A DNA stretch of 20,000 nucleotides from Blastocystis sp. subtype 4 (lineage: Eukaryota): positions 45,256 through 65,255 of the forward strand of contig NW_014569524.1 in NCBI RefSeq assembly GCF_000743755.1, in the 5' to 3' direction. The position numbers and the translations under genes were made by a program. Every line of letters starts with the position of its first letter. Within the stretch, counting starts at the first letter, position 1. Of the stretch, positions 1-12,200 are shown piece after piece. The notes under the pieces are model-generated. The model saw only the letters and a program-made list of their open reading frames with translations, made no database searches and was not told where the DNA came from.

Positions 1-3000
1 ATCCTGTGAAATAAAGAATGATACAAAGTCACTTGTCAAACACATACATCGTACAGGCAGAATTGGACTTAAATTCGCCTGACACTGCATACTTCCTAAG
101 TGCCAGAATTGGATTTCATTACTCACAATGACTGCATACTTGCCATCAGCTGTGATATCAAAGCATCGAATATCTTCTGTGCTATTCACCTTCACACGTG
201 CCACTGCTGCATGTGTCTCCAGATTGAATGTCACTAGCTCCTTCGCTTCCGTCGCTACCATCACACACCTATTGTCCACTGGTCTAGCATACAACACTCG
301 GCTATCCACGTGGAAGTAATCGAGTTGTTGGAAACTATCATTGAATGTCAACACAGCTCCACTCTCACAAACAACCACAAATCGTTCTGTATTGCCTGCA
401 TAAGAAATGCAACGAATATTTCCACAATCCGTCTCGTTTTCTGCTAACTTCTTCTTCGTCGTAATATCCCACACAACCACACGTCCTTCACGATCAGCGG
501 CAATGAGGCGTTTCACTCCAGTCTCCTTATTCACAAAGACATCCGTAGCACTCACACTGCGCTTCAATTCCTATTCTTCATATCACTTCATATCACTTAC
601 TTTCACTGTAAATGCAATAGAATTCGTTTCTACATTAATCAGACACACAGAGCCGTCAGCAGCTCCTGTGGCCACATACACAGTCGAAGACAACTTGTTG
701 ACGTTGCTCACAGCTGTTACCATGTTCTTATGAGGCTTCAATTGAGCCACAATCGCATAATCATTATCATACAACACAACATTCCCTTGGAAATCTCCCG
801 CTACTAATCGCATATCCCCGCGGTTCATCGAATTGCAACAAACCAAAATACTGACATTATCTTCCATAGCATCCTCCACCGAATCCACCATATACATGGC
901 ACCACACTGAACTTCACAGAACTCAGCAATCCGTCCCCACAACTGGAGCAAGTTAGGATCATTCATCATGTTTTTGTCATTACGAGCTTCCCAGATCAAC
1001 TCTAAAGCCTAGCTTATGAATCCATCAACAGATATATACAGCTCGATAGTTCTTATGAACTATGTGATTATAAGCTCGCTGGCGCATCAAGAAGCATCGT
1101 TTCACACAATTGATCTGAACCATCCAATCTTCCTTCTCCTTCCCACTAACAGCATTGATTTTAAAGTCCTTTCCTGAGATCGTTTTGATCACAAACCCAT
1201 TCTGATCATCTGGATCATCTTCCAGTCTATTTCTTACCCCACCCTATAAACCCCACTCTACAATATCTTCCATGCGAATCTTCCCCTGAGGTTTCTTCTC
1301 AGTCTCCGACTTATAGTAACGTAACTCATCTCGCATCAACACGAAACTACGCTTCTTCCAATTGCGGATAATATGGCCTTGCTTTGACAGGTATCCTTGT
1401 TTGATGATACCTTTGCGTTGGTTATTGAATGTACGCAACTCATGAATCACAGAACCCAATTCACGTGTCTGACCTGCAGGAACCTCCACCTTGAACCATT
1501 CATGAGCAAGTGCCTGCTTTGCATCGTATCGTTGTGTAGGATCGACTACCTGCAACTCACAATGACAGATCCACTCTTACCAACAAATGACGAATTAAGT
1601 CTTTTGCCTGAGGACTCACATTGTCCCAATAAGGTGAATCAAATCGATATTGACCTGATCGGATTTTCTTAAACAACCGCATTTGATTGCTATCATGGAA
1701 CGGAGGATAACCACACAACAGAATGTACATGATCACACCCAGAGACCACATATCTACCTCTGTACCATACATGTGACCTTTCAAAATCTCAGGAGCCACA
1801 TACCATGGAGAACCACAATCAGTTACCAGACGACCCGTATCTGTACTTGAAGTACTCTTAGCAAAACCAAAATCAGCTAGATTTTAAAACTTGTCAATAA
1901 TTGTACCGATTTTGATATCACCTGTACGTGAATCTACTAAGATGTTTTCAGGTTTCAAATCACGATGTGCAATATTGAGTTTATGACAGTATCCTACAGT
2001 TTCAACCAGAGTCTTGAACACAGATCTTGCTTCGTTCTCATTGTAAAACTTCTTCTCAACTATTTTATCAAAGAGTTCTCCTCCTAGTTCTAATCACAAT
2101 TCATTATCTTCACCTCCAACCAATTCTGTTACAATGTAGTAATATTCTTTATCCTCATAGAAACCTTCCAATCGAACAATATTCTTGTGATTCAATCGAC
2201 CCATAATGAACACTTCATTCTTCAATGAGTCAACGTCGCTACGCTGCAGATCCCGCTTCTTTAGACATTTCACAGCATAGCGCTGGCCATCGGTCTTGTC
2301 CACACATGCGTATACCACAGAATAGGCTCCAGAACCCAATGTCTCTTTCACTTCCTAGGAATCATTCCACTTTCTCTTCGTTACATAGCGCTGCTGGAAT
2401 CCATGTTGGACAATACCTCGTGACTGTGTTTCCTCGGCTAATGGTGTGGCTTTCGAGGGCTCTGAACTCTCTGTAGCAATACTACTCACAGACTCAGAAC
2501 CTGAGTACTGGGTGACACGCAACTGCTTTCTAGATATGAATTCTCTCTCTAGAACGTACTGTTGGGCATTCTTCATACAATAATCAATTGAGGCGTTAAG
2601 ATCATTAAAAAGATGATCAATTTCTTGTGTCATGAGATTGGAACGCTGCATGTCCTGACGAATTACTGATGACATTTTGCGGACCTTCTCGCACGACTCC
2701 AGGAGCTCTCCGGGGCTCATAAGATCCTACATTGCATTCTCTTTCTTGTCTTACCGTAAAGGCGACTCTTGTAAAAAAGGAGGAGAGGCGAAGCATAACA
2801 TCCTGGAAGCAGTCGTCTCGAAACGTTTCATTGAAAGCAGTGAGCATACGATTGAAATAGGTCTTAGAATCCTCCACCAGATCATCCTCGTTCTTCATGA
2901 CAAATGCACGATTCACAGAATCCGGTATCGGCTTATTCTCCTTTGCAGCGGCAATAGCGGTAATCCAATCATCTCTAGACTCGTCATTTTCAAAACTAAG

Positions 3001-3341
3001 TGTGTAGTTCTTATTGAAATCCTCAGCGGTTTTGATCAGCAAACAACACTCTGGCCTTTCAAACCCAGTTACACATCCCTACTCTTGTCTGTTAACTCAG
3101 TTTTGATAAGATCTGTAATCTTTTCCAGAGGAATCTTGCCTTTCACCTGTTCTCCCTGATTGTTACTCCAATTTGCCTAAATCTCACATCAATGTACGAA
3201 ATTTCAGAGGAAGTCAGCACAAAGAGTCTCGTCTTCCAGGTTTTACGGATGTGACCCTGATGGACATAAGACTTTGAAACAGCCTACCACCTTCTCCAAA
3301 TATCCAGATTTTAGGGCATAACGCGTTAGTTCCTTTTCCAT
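1..3341 (-). CDS. Multi-exon Ser/Thr kinase: PH domain - helical region - CAMK-family kinase - PH domain - WD40 repeats (3' end beyond window)
   Basis: ATG at 3341 (MEKELTRYALKSGYLEKVGHIRKTWKTRLFVL, PH beta1-beta2). Eleven GT-AG introns of 28-32 nt (3257-3287, 3156-3187, 3051-3082, 2727-2754, 2355-2384, 2084-2113, 1877-1906, 1550-1580, 1227-1256, 1009-1039, 571-600) give one open frame of ~1002 codons to the window edge. Kinase motifs: LGSGAYSVV, YAVK, ELVGGGELFD, HRDLKPENIL, DFGFAK, CGSPWYVAPE, DMWSLGVI. Second PH: GYLSKQGHIIRNWKKRSFVL. WD40-like repeats: VAGDFQGNVVLYD, ATGAADGSVCLIN, IAADREGRVVVWD, VSNEIQFWH. Confidence 0.88.
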
Positions 3342-3413
3342 CGTCTTTCGAGAATAGAAAATGATGACAAAAAACATGGAAAATTAGATCATGGAAACAT
3401 CTCAAGTGATTTG

Positions 3414-3421
3414 AACAAACA
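3414..3421 (-). promoter_or_regulatory. TGTTTGTT polyadenylation-directing element 3' of the surface-protein gene
   Basis: Exact TGTTTGTT on the minus strand, 19 nt after the TAA at 3441. Matches the known Blastocystis GU-rich 3'-processing motif. Confidence 0.75.
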
Positions 3422-3440
3422 AATCTAACATACATGCAGA

Positions 3441-6400
3441 TTAAACGCGAACGTTCTTACTTCCAGAAAGATGCTCAGCATGCACCTTTCCAGCTCTCAA
3501 TTGCTTAGCACCATTCTTGCTCTTCTTCGACTTTGTACGCACCCAAATATAGAAGGCAGCAATAGCAACAATAATCACAACCAAAATGACAAGGATAACA
3601 ATAAGAGCAATTGAAACGCCACCCAAACCCTTTCTCTGCTGGAGAATAGGTTCTCTGTAGAATCCAAACGAGAAACCTTCGGGTATATCAGGAATATTCG
3701 TTTTGATTCTCTCATTGATAGCATTCAATGAGTTGCTAACACTCTTCAAACCAGAAGAAGCTTCACTCTCGCTCAGAGTTACTCTTACATAAAGGGCAAC
3801 GGCAGTAGTATCCTCATATTCGCTACTGATATCCTTCATATACCACAAATCAACATTCTTTGATACGATGTTGCTAGCATCAGCAATAGCCACACGAATC
3901 GTTTCAGCCATACCAGACTCCATTTGCTCCTTCGTCACTTGAGTAAGGTAATAAATGACATCAATATAAACCTGCTTCTTAGGAGGCTCAGTCGAGCGGC
4001 ACTGAGACATATCAGCCTCCTCCCATTGGGGTCTCAAAGCAGCCAGTGAACACTTACGGAACATCTCACCGAAGTAACCCTCCGGACAATCAGCAACAGC
4101 CGTCTCATCAGACATCACTCCAGGGAAACCTCCATCCTTCACACAATAGTTCAGCTGGCAAGACATGATATCAATCACAGCCATAGACAGCTTATTAAAG
4201 CCAGAATCCGAATCCATCATCTCGAACTTGTACTGCGAGAAAGAACTTAGATGGTTCAACATCATGAACTCTCTACGCTCTCTACGACTTGTGAACATTT
4301 GCTTAGCCTTCATGTTGAATAGATCCTCCCAATTCACTCCATCAGTAGAACCATAGAGATGGAACTCCATAGGATCACGTCCTGATATGCTAGCAGACAC
4401 CAGAGACAGTCTGTTCACCCATTCCATACGATCAAAGTTGTAAGAATAAATAGTCCAAGCAGGAGAACCATTCTCAATCCATTCAGTGCCGGTATTACGA
4501 TCCCAAGCCTGAGCGGCAGAACTGGTAGGCTGGTTGAAGAAAGAAGATTCAGTAATGGTTCCTCCATCCACACGTGAAATACAATCTCCCTGAAGAGCAT
4601 TAGCATAACCAGCAAACTGGATGGTACCAGTAGTTGAAGCATGCTTATGAATTTCAATAGCAATTGTATTCTTTCCATCAACAAGAATGTAACCAGGAGC
4701 ACTTCCCACACGCATGTAGTAACCCTCATACTTACTAGAAGCAAGAGTAGTAGGACGAATGTTTCCAGAAGGCATATTACGACGATACACCTCCTCGCCA
4801 TTCAAATAAATAATAATACCATCCTTGTACCAGACACCATACTGAACCAGAGGATACTTAATGGCATCAGTCACCTCGAACTCATAACGGAAGTAGATGG
4901 AGTTACTAGACCAAGTTCCATACTCATATGAAGTGCTAGTGTCACTCCATGAAGAAGCATCAAACTCACGAGCATTCCAGTTTCTAGGAGGCTCACCACT
5001 GAACAAAGCCTTCCAGATCACACCTTCAGCGGTACTGGCTGCAACACTGAAGTAACCAGTGTAACTATAAGCATCACGGTTAGATGTAGCAGGAATAGTA
5101 AATTCCTGAATCTGTGAGTCACTCGAATCGAACAGTCTCAAGAAAGAACCAGTGGACCAACCATCACCATAAGAATCAGACAATACTACCTTGTAGTCAC
5201 CAATTTTTAGACACAAAGTAGTTGTAGTTTCAACATAATTACCGAAAACACGACCTGAAGAATGCACCTCCACTTGATCCGATTCTCTTATCACGACATA
5301 AGATTGCTCACTTCCATAAGCTGTTGTTGTCATTACAAACTTGATAGGACTATTCTTTCCATCATCACCACACTTTACAAAGTGAACAGTCAGTGTAGCA
5401 CTGGCCTCTCCAGCATCACCCCTTGCAGTAATGGTGTAAACACTCCTCAGAATACCATTCACATTAGTATTGATACGAGGATTCTCAAGGCTCAGAGTAA
5501 AATCAACTCCCAAAGAAGGCTCAGAGTAAAATCAACTCCCAAAGAAGGCTCAATGGTGATCTCCTTGTAACATCCATTAGGAATAATCTCCACAGTATCC
5601 ATAGGGAAGCCGGTATACACACTCACCTCACTAACAGACAAACCAAGAGCAGTCAAAGGAGTCAGAGAGCTAGGGAAATCCCACGAATCATCATATGGTT
5701 GAGGATGGCTCTCCTCATAGGTAAAACGAACGGGCCATCTGTTGCCATCAGCACGTTGGACTTGTGTATAACATCCAGTATTATCTGTACAAGAGAGAGT
5801 AAACTTAGCAGTGGAAGAAGGAGGCATACAAATAGTAAGGGTTGTTCCAGTACTGAAATAACCATAGTAACAATTATTCAAAACAGCATTTCCAGAAGCA
5901 TCATAAGTACCCATTGAACAAGTAGTAGTCGTTGTACCTTCCTTGATGGAGAGAGAACCAGAACCACTGACCATTGTTACCAGATAGACGTCATTAGTCC
6001 AACCAGATCCCTTACAACTTCCCACTCCGAGCATCAGTGTCATAGTCATAATACCTCCAGGATTCGAAGCAGTAATCACATAAGCACGAGTTTCAGTAGG
6101 AAGATATGGAGTACCGCTGATCGTTCCAGTAGCACCATTAATGCTCAGTCCACGAGGAAGCTCTGGGTTAACAGAGTAAGAAACACCACTAGCAGTTCCA
6201 GACACGCTAATTGCACTAAGACTTTGTCCAGGATAACCAGTGATAACATTGGTACCAACAGCAGCTCCATCCTGAACCAGATACAAACCACTAGGAGCCA
6301 ACTCAAAGTACACATCAAAACGAACGGTTGTCTCAATTCTACCATTAGGAGCAGTACAAGAGATAGTGTATTGAGTTAAACCCTGAACAGCAGCGGGAGT

Positions 6401-8468
6401 ACCAGAAATTACACCAGAAGCAGGGTTAAGACTCAAACCATTAGGTAAAGCAGGTGAAGCCTGGTAATTGTTACAAGAAGCAACAGAGAACAAATGAGGA
6501 TTGTTACCAACAATCTCAACACCCTGGAAATAGTGGGCCTGTTCGTAGTCATAAGAAAGCATTCCAGGAGCCAGATGGAAAATCTGATCAGCAGGAACCA
6601 CTACATAATTTCCAGTAGGAGGCTGCCATTCAAGAATCAAACCCTTACTACTATCCTTCTGTTGGTAACGGATCTTGTAGTAGTAGTAGCCAGTCGAGGA
6701 AACAGCAATCGTTGCCTCCTTCTCACTCCAGGTATGGCAAGACCAGTGATCAATAAGCAAAGTCTCTTCAATACCGAACAGACGGCAAGAGTCATCACAC
6801 TTCAGACGGAGCTTCCAGTTACCAATTTCAGTAAAATGGAGATATCCTTCCCATTCAGCATAGAAATAGGTATTGAAATCAGTAGGCAATCCACTCCACA
6901 CTCCAGAAGAAGTTTGCTCCCAGTTCAACTGAGCATCCAGCTTCACAACCTTTAGATCGATCTGAGAAGGTGCCAAGTTTGTGTACATACACAATTCAGC
7001 ATCGAGTACCTTGTAGTACTGACCACGGAATCCAGACATAGGAGCATCTGAAATGATAATTTGAATCTGAGTAGAAGCAACTCCATTCACTCCAGTAGCA
7101 GTAATCGTATGATAACCAGTGTACACAGCAGAAGGCTTTCCACGAATTTGACCACGATGCTGATCCAAAGTCATACCAGCAGGAAGAGCAGGGGTAACAG
7201 TCCATGAATCAGCACCTCCAGATACCATTTCAGGTGTATATACCTTCAATTCAGCATTAGCATATCCAGTAATCAGAGGATAGGTGATGAAAGTAGGTCC
7301 ACGTCCACCAATCTTGGTCTGAGTACTATCCAAAACAGTTCGCTCAAGACCCACATCAGGTGCAGCATAGTAAAGAGACAGAGTAGCAGCTCCGTTGATC
7401 TCCAGGAACTTTACAACGAACAAATGTTTTCCAGCAGATAGATGCTTTGTGGCCGTATCGACTGAAGAACCACGACAACCATCACGGTTAATCACTTCAT
7501 TTTCAAGAGAATCAATATACAAGAAGGAAGCATCATCAGAAGCCATTTGGAAAGTGTAATCAGCCTCTACCATAGCATGGATATAACCATACATGTATGA
7601 AGTGTAGTAATCACGGAAACGCTCATCCAAACCAGGCCAAGTGTTACCAGATCCCTCAGAATAGGAATCAGTGTAGTCAAGCTTCTGTTCTCTCTGACAG
7701 AACTGAGCAGTATTCTGATAGTAGTAATCGAAAGCAGGAGTACGACACTCAGTAGTTCCCGACCAATAGCAACCAATATAACCATTCTCAGTCATTTCAC
7801 GCTCCTCTCTTACTACAAACTTAATGGTAGTCTGAACTGAACCCATCTGATTGCTTCCAACAACAGTATATACCTGATTGTTCGAAGCAGTGCTAGGGAA
7901 CACTCCAGTGATGGTACCATCAGTTGCACTGAAATTCACTCCCTCAGGAAGAGAAGGCGAAATCGTGAAAGAATTCAGATAGGCATCCGAACGAGCAGGT
8001 ACAGGCTCAATAGGAACACCAACATACTGAGTCATGGAATCAAATCCATAACTCAGAGTTGTGGGAGCACCAATAATACCAATACGCAGCTGACTCACCC
8101 ACTCCTTGAAACCAACCGAATAGGTCTTGGTTTGCTGAGGAATGGAAGGAGTACCGGTGATTTCCACAGTTCGTGTAGTACCACTTGAAATAATGTTGTA
8201 GGTCAAACCAACAGGAAGCTGAGGATTGAAACGAGGAGCATCAGTTCTTCCATAACCGGTAACAGTACATGTAACTTTCTGCAGAGGCTGGTTCACTGTA
8301 CCAACTACATTCCAGTTATCACAAGTCCAATCATGAAGATTCACTGGCTCAGCAGAAACTAGAAATAAGATGAACGACATGCAACTTACTAATTGCAATC
8401 AAAAAAGAAAGCAAAACCAAAGAGTTCATCTTGCTGTAGAACAATTATGAATGATAGCCTTACAACAT
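3441..8468 (-). CDS. Large type-I membrane surface/adhesin-like protein (signal peptide, He_PIG-like Ig repeats, 2x PA14-like, galactose-binding-like jelly roll, F5/8 discoidin-like, Cys-rich module, TM, basic tail), frameshifted by a 29-bp duplication as assembled
   Basis: Introns 8434-8463 (30 nt) and 8359-8389 (31 nt) give the N-terminus MFKMNSLVLLSFLIAIISAEP (signal peptide). Repeats such as LPAGMTLDQHRGQIRGKP, LPNGLSLNPASGVISGTP and LPRGLSINGATGTISGTP resemble the putative Ig domain. YTFQMASDDASFLYID and WKLRLKCDDSCRLF resemble PA14. FHLYGSTDGVNWEDL resembles discoidin. TM IALIVILVILVVIIVAIAAFYIWV is followed by RTKSKKSK. ORFs 5492-8398 and 3441-5513 join into ~1645 aa if one repeat copy is removed. 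Confidence 0.85.
5487..5552. repeat. Exact 29-bp tandem duplication (2 copies plus 8-bp partial) inside the surface-protein CDS
   Basis: aaggctcagagtaaaatcaactcccaaag at 5487-5515 and 5516-5544, followed by aaggctca at 5545-5552. Confidence 0.97.
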
Positions 8469-9184
8469 CGAGATGCTACCCTCGAGTGAGCATCAAGTCG
8501 AAGAATATTCTATCGAAGGAAGTTACATTATCGATAATTGGACTTATTTTGGTATTCACTCTATTCTCCTCGAAATCGTCTAATCATTTCATTTGTGTTT
8601 AACTCAATAACAAAGCTTACCAGCAAAATATTGTGCTAGTACAATTAGATGAAAATCAAATCACACGATCTTGTATTTAAAAATTGATCTCGCTTGTGTA
8701 ATAAAACAGTAAAATAGCATTCAAGTAATACAACAATATGATTGGCCGATGGGGTTCCTCCTACCCTCTTAATGGCACTTTCTTAGTTGTGGCGGAGAGC
8801 AATACTCTTCATTTACCTAAGTTTTATTTCTTATGTTCACTCTCATACTTTTCTACTGGTACTGAACAAGATATTGCTTCGTGTTTCTCTTCTCAACATA
8901 TTACATTTCTTCTATCCCTGACAATTATGGAAGACTTTAGAGTGATGCTTACCGAAATAGTAACTTGTTTGCTTTGAGTTATTCGATTGCGTCACTGCTC
9001 CCTTTCCTGCCGTAGAGATGGAGAATAAGAATATGCACATGTTTGTGTTGAATAGGGGCTGTAACGTTCATTGAAGTAATCTGCTTTCTAATTAGTGTTG
9101 AGAGGGTAGTATACTGTTGTACGTTTATGCATCCAATTGAAATTTAAATATGTAGAGTTCTAGAAAAGATGCTTCTGTACTAGT

Positions 9185-9192
9185 AACAAATA
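9185..9192 (-). promoter_or_regulatory. Variant polyadenylation element TATTTGTT 3' of SCC2
   Basis: One mismatch to TGTTTGTT, 20 nt after the TAG at 9213. The spacing is close to that of the exact motifs at 3414 and 14409. Confidence 0.5.
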
Positions 9193-9212
9193 ACAGCATA
9201 ATCGCTACAATA

Positions 9213-12200
9213 CTACGTCCTGATATCCTTTTTGGCTTCTTTCTTAATAACAGGATTCTCAACAGGATCCACAAAAGTCAGACTTTGGAACAATTTTATT
9301 AACGCTATTAAGTCTTTTGCACTCTGAGGAACGTTTTGGACAGATATTGGAAGTGAAACACAATTAACTTCTTCCCCACTTAGTAAGTTGTCTCTCTTGT
9401 TGACCCCTGGATTATCCGATATTAGACTAGCTAGAGCGATTGTTGTACTTGAAATCTGATATGAAGACTTCAAATGCTTCTTGAGCAAAAGCATCAAAAT
9501 TGACTTCTGGATATTCAGACAAGACTTTTGGAACGATAGATCTTCTATGAGGCCCTTTTCCCTATATATGTCTCTAATGAATTATGTTACATTTTATGAA
9601 TTAGCGAATAATCCTTCTGCTCATATTTTTCCTGTCCACCAACTATGTCAATCACTATTATTAAGGAACAATCAGTTTTGTTATTGAAGGATATCATATG
9701 TTTCACTCTGATTAATTAGCAAATATACCATTCCGTTGATAGACACAATTACATTAATGACCTCTTCTAGCGAACTATATGGACAAACACTCAGAAATTG
9801 TGTAAAGAAAACAATTTCTTGTAGTGGTACCTCCATCTACATCACATCATCATCACACCACTTACATCACGATATACATGTGTCAACAGAAGAGAGATGA
9901 TTTGATGACATTCTCGAATTGATTGGGATGTACACTTTTCTGATATAATTCGATACAGACCACAAAAACAGGAATATGAGTATGAGGACAATTGATTCCT
10001 TTGGTTTGCTTCTTGAATGGAAGAGAGCATAGCAGGAACTACACGAGGAAGGAAGACACTATGATAGTTCTCATTGATATAGGATAAAAACGCTAATGCA
10101 AGATTTCGAATCTATTATTGACATACCAAAAACAACCCTACTTCTGTTGTAGGATCTGTTAACAGAGCAACTACCTTAGGAATACACTCTAATGGATATT
10201 CAAGGCCCTGTTTCACTTGAAGGAACAGAATACTTAAGCTCATCGCTCGTATTCTGGGTGAAGGATGAATGAAGTTAGTTTGAAGGGCTTTGTGGAGTTC
10301 CTTCATCATTGTAGGGAGATGACTTGTTGTAGGGATTGAATATAGCATATCACTCAACTAACAATGATCTCAAATGATCATACTCACCTTCTCATTTGAT
10401 GAAGAAGTGGTTGTTATTATTGCAACTCTCTGAAGGAACTCGTGGAGAGCATGCAAAGAGACTAGTATAACATCTTCAGACGAATCTTGAAGTGCCTGAT
10501 GGGTGAGATCACTCATTAAAACAAACCTGATTTAAATGATGAACAAATGAAGAAGAAATCAGATTCACACTGCGACTCATCACACGAAGATAACAGTGGA
10601 GAAGATGACAATAATACTCTCGATTTAAGGGGCCTGGAAGTTTCGTTTCTAAAGCAGTTTCTAACAGATTCTGTACAATTGGAATGAAACGACAATGCGT
10701 TTCTATTGTGATCAATCCTTCCTCATCATCATCTGGAGGAATATGAGTAAAGTCAAAGTCCCGTGATAAAACCCCCAGAACTACAATTGCCAGAATCAAT
10801 GGAACTTCTTTCGCCTTATCAATAGTTTTGATTGATTGAGACAGTGTTTGTAAACTTGTATTGAGAAGAGAATATACAGATGAAGAATCCAGAGTGATAT
10901 CAGCCTGAATGTGAGATTATGACACTGGGACTTACAATAACTACCACACATTGTGAAGCCTTCTCAACAAGACTCACAGAAGTCGCTTGTTGAATGATTT
11001 GAAGAAGACATTTCTGTAGTGTACTTACAGCAGGGGAGATTTCACATTCACGAAGAACATTCTGCAGAATATCAAGAAGTTTTCCAGCAAGGTAAGTACG
11101 AATCTGACGTTGATTCTTCTCTGAAATTGGACTCTCTAAGAGTGACTCCAAAGAACGTTGAATATGAAGCAATTGATGAATGAATGATTTGGGATGGATC
11201 TCAGCAAGCACACATAGAATATCCAAACATTCTCTCACCTTATCATTCACTTCTGGTAATGTTTCTCGTAGTGTATGAAGGATCCAAGCACTCAGATCAA
11301 ATAAATACTTGTCCTGTTTGTTAAAGACTTCTCCTATCTGTTTTAATCCTTCCTCTACACGAGTGATAGCAGATCCTGATTGTGCTTTCACTTCATTCAC
11401 ACGTGCCGTCGTATTCTTTGCAATCATACTTAGATAGTCTAAGAACGAAGAGCTCAAAGGAGCTCTAAACAACCAGGCATCAGCTACAGATTCCAAACAT
11501 AACTTCCGTACAGCTGTTTCCTCCGAAGAAGTGAGTGCATTCAGATTCATTCGATACAATCGTACTGCAAGTGACGTCTCACGACTCTCCTTCTGAATAT
11601 TTCGTTGAAGCAAGTATAACATCAAACGATGAGTGAGTCGATAACTGATTTTACGCACAGAGATTCCTCGATCAGAACAACCTTGAAGTAAAACCGGTAA
11701 GTACAGTGTTAGAAGACGCGGATACGTATCTGCTGCTGTCCACAACAGTTTCAAATTCTTCTCTCGCACAGAAATATACGAAGAGGACATACCTCGATTC
11801 ATCACAGACAGTACAGATTGACTTAAGAAGAGATGAGCTTGGGTTTGAAGAAGGAGTTCTAATGCAGTGGAGAAATAACCTTGAATACGAATGATAGGAG
11901 TATCCAATCCATTGAGAAAGAGAGAAAAGAAGAGTGATGATTGTAATAGAGAAGGTGAATGACGAATGATTGAGAGGTAGAGAGAACCAAGAGATTTCAG
12001 ATCTGGTAATGGAGACTAATCATGATCTCAGAAGAGAAAGAGGATACTTGATGAATGATGATAGGAGAAGGAATTGGTACTGATTGAATCAACCATTCAG
12101 ATGGAGTGGAATGAAAGGATGCAGACCAAAGTAACAAGAATACAAAACACTATTGCTAAGAATAGAAGAATAAGAATCACATCATGAGCACCACGACCTT

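Noticed and set aside
96..126. 31-nt GTGAGT...TAG segment that looks like an intron
   Set aside because: The unspliced frame is open and reads as a good WD40 strand (VSNEIQFWHL), while splicing leads to a stop within nine codons.
576..598. 10-bp tandem repeat (cttcatatca x2.3) inside the 30-nt intron
   Set aside because: Short intronic slippage repeat with no evident function.
1227..1256. G-rich intron (GGGG-GGG-GGGG) as a possible G-quadruplex
   Set aside because: Only three G-runs, which is insufficient for a canonical intramolecular G4.
5487..5552. CRISPR array or transposon target-site duplication
   Set aside because: The units are directly adjacent with no spacers or inserted element, the context is eukaryotic, and no cas or transposase genes are present.
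8738..8977. 79-aa plus-strand ORF in the long spacer
   Set aside because: No recognisable domain and no exact TGTTTGTT downstream; the length is compatible with chance.
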